Shown here one piece after another: positions 63,479 through 64,000 of a stretch of 64,000 bases of DNA (its first letter is position 1; the number at the start of each line of letters is the position of its first letter). The position numbers were made by a program, and so were the translations under genes. The notes under the pieces were generated by a model, which worked only from the letters and a program-made list of their open reading frames with translations, searched no databases and was not told the DNA's origin. The DNA comes from the human T2T-CHM13v2.0 reference genome, Homo sapiens: the NCBI RefSeq assembly GCF_009914755.1, contig NC_060928.1. One strand, given 5' to 3'.

Positions 63479-64000
63479 TGGTATATTACTCTGTTTTCAC
63501 ACTACTGTAAAGAACTGCCTGAGATTGGGTAATTTATAAAGAAAAGAAGTTTAACTGATTCACAGTTCAGCATGGCTGAGGAGGCCTCAGGAAATTTACT
63601 TTTTTTTTTTCTTTCTTTCTTTTTTTTTTTTGAGGCTGAGTCTCGCTCTGTCACCCAGGCTGGGGTGCAGTGGTGCAATCTCAGCTCACTGCAACCTGCG
63701 CCTCCTGGGTTCAAGTGATTCTCCTCCCTCAGCCTCCTGAGTAGATAGGACTACAGGTGAGCACCACCACGACCAGCTAATTTTTGTATTTTTAGTAGAG
63801 ACGGGGTTTCACCATGTTAGCCAGGCTGGTTTCAAACTCTTGACCTCAGGTGATCCAACCGCCTCAGCCGCCCAAAGTGCTGGGATTACAGGTGTGAGCC
63901 ACCGCACCTGGCCGAAATTTACTTTCATAGAGGAAGGCAAAGGGGAAGCAAGGCACATCTTACGTGGTGGCAGGAGAGAGGGCAGAAGTGCCACACACTT
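63479..64000 (-). mobile_element. THE1/MST-type MaLR LTR (runs off the window), interrupted by an Alu
   Basis: ctgaga.tgggtaatttataaagaaaagaagtttaactgattcacagttcagcatggctgaggaggcctcaggaaa ... gaaggcaaaggggaagcaaggcacatctt. Confidence 0.88.
63600..63913 (-). mobile_element. AluS inserted in the THE1/MST LTR
   Basis: Antisense Alu; TSD GAAATTTACTTT. Confidence 0.94.

Overview
Human genomic DNA (Alu/L1/L2/MIR/MaLR-rich) covering the 5' half of SLC2A9 (GLUT9/URATv1 urate transporter), transcribed on the minus strand. Five coding exons read cleanly with GT-AG boundaries. Two are alternative N-terminal exons: short isoform 43477-43539 (MKLSKKDRGEDEESDSTKKKL) and long isoform 38854-39003 ([12 protein letters not shown]...RRRK). 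Three are shared: 36543-36641, 14346-14506 and 3233-3357. The gene continues beyond the left edge. A probable non-coding first exon of the short isoform lies at about 57699-57820. The rest is intron and upstream DNA dominated by transposon relics, and nearly all ORFs in the supplied track are spurious. No prokaryote-type system (CRISPR, operon) is present. The best second-look items are: (1) the short-isoform first exon appears carved from an antisense L2 LINE and carries two uORFs, one with a stop codon formed only by splicing; (2) an intragenic CpG island on the first shared exon with two convergent CTCF-like motifs; (3) a ~98-bp inverted duplication next to the exon-3 acceptor; (4) a CRE/HNF1/HNF4-like motif cluster beside a 70-bp tandem repeat; (5) a tiny A-tailed LTR-like insert with a target-site duplication; (6) a Thr17 allele in the short isoform. 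Repeat subfamily names and known-variant identities are from memory, not from a search.
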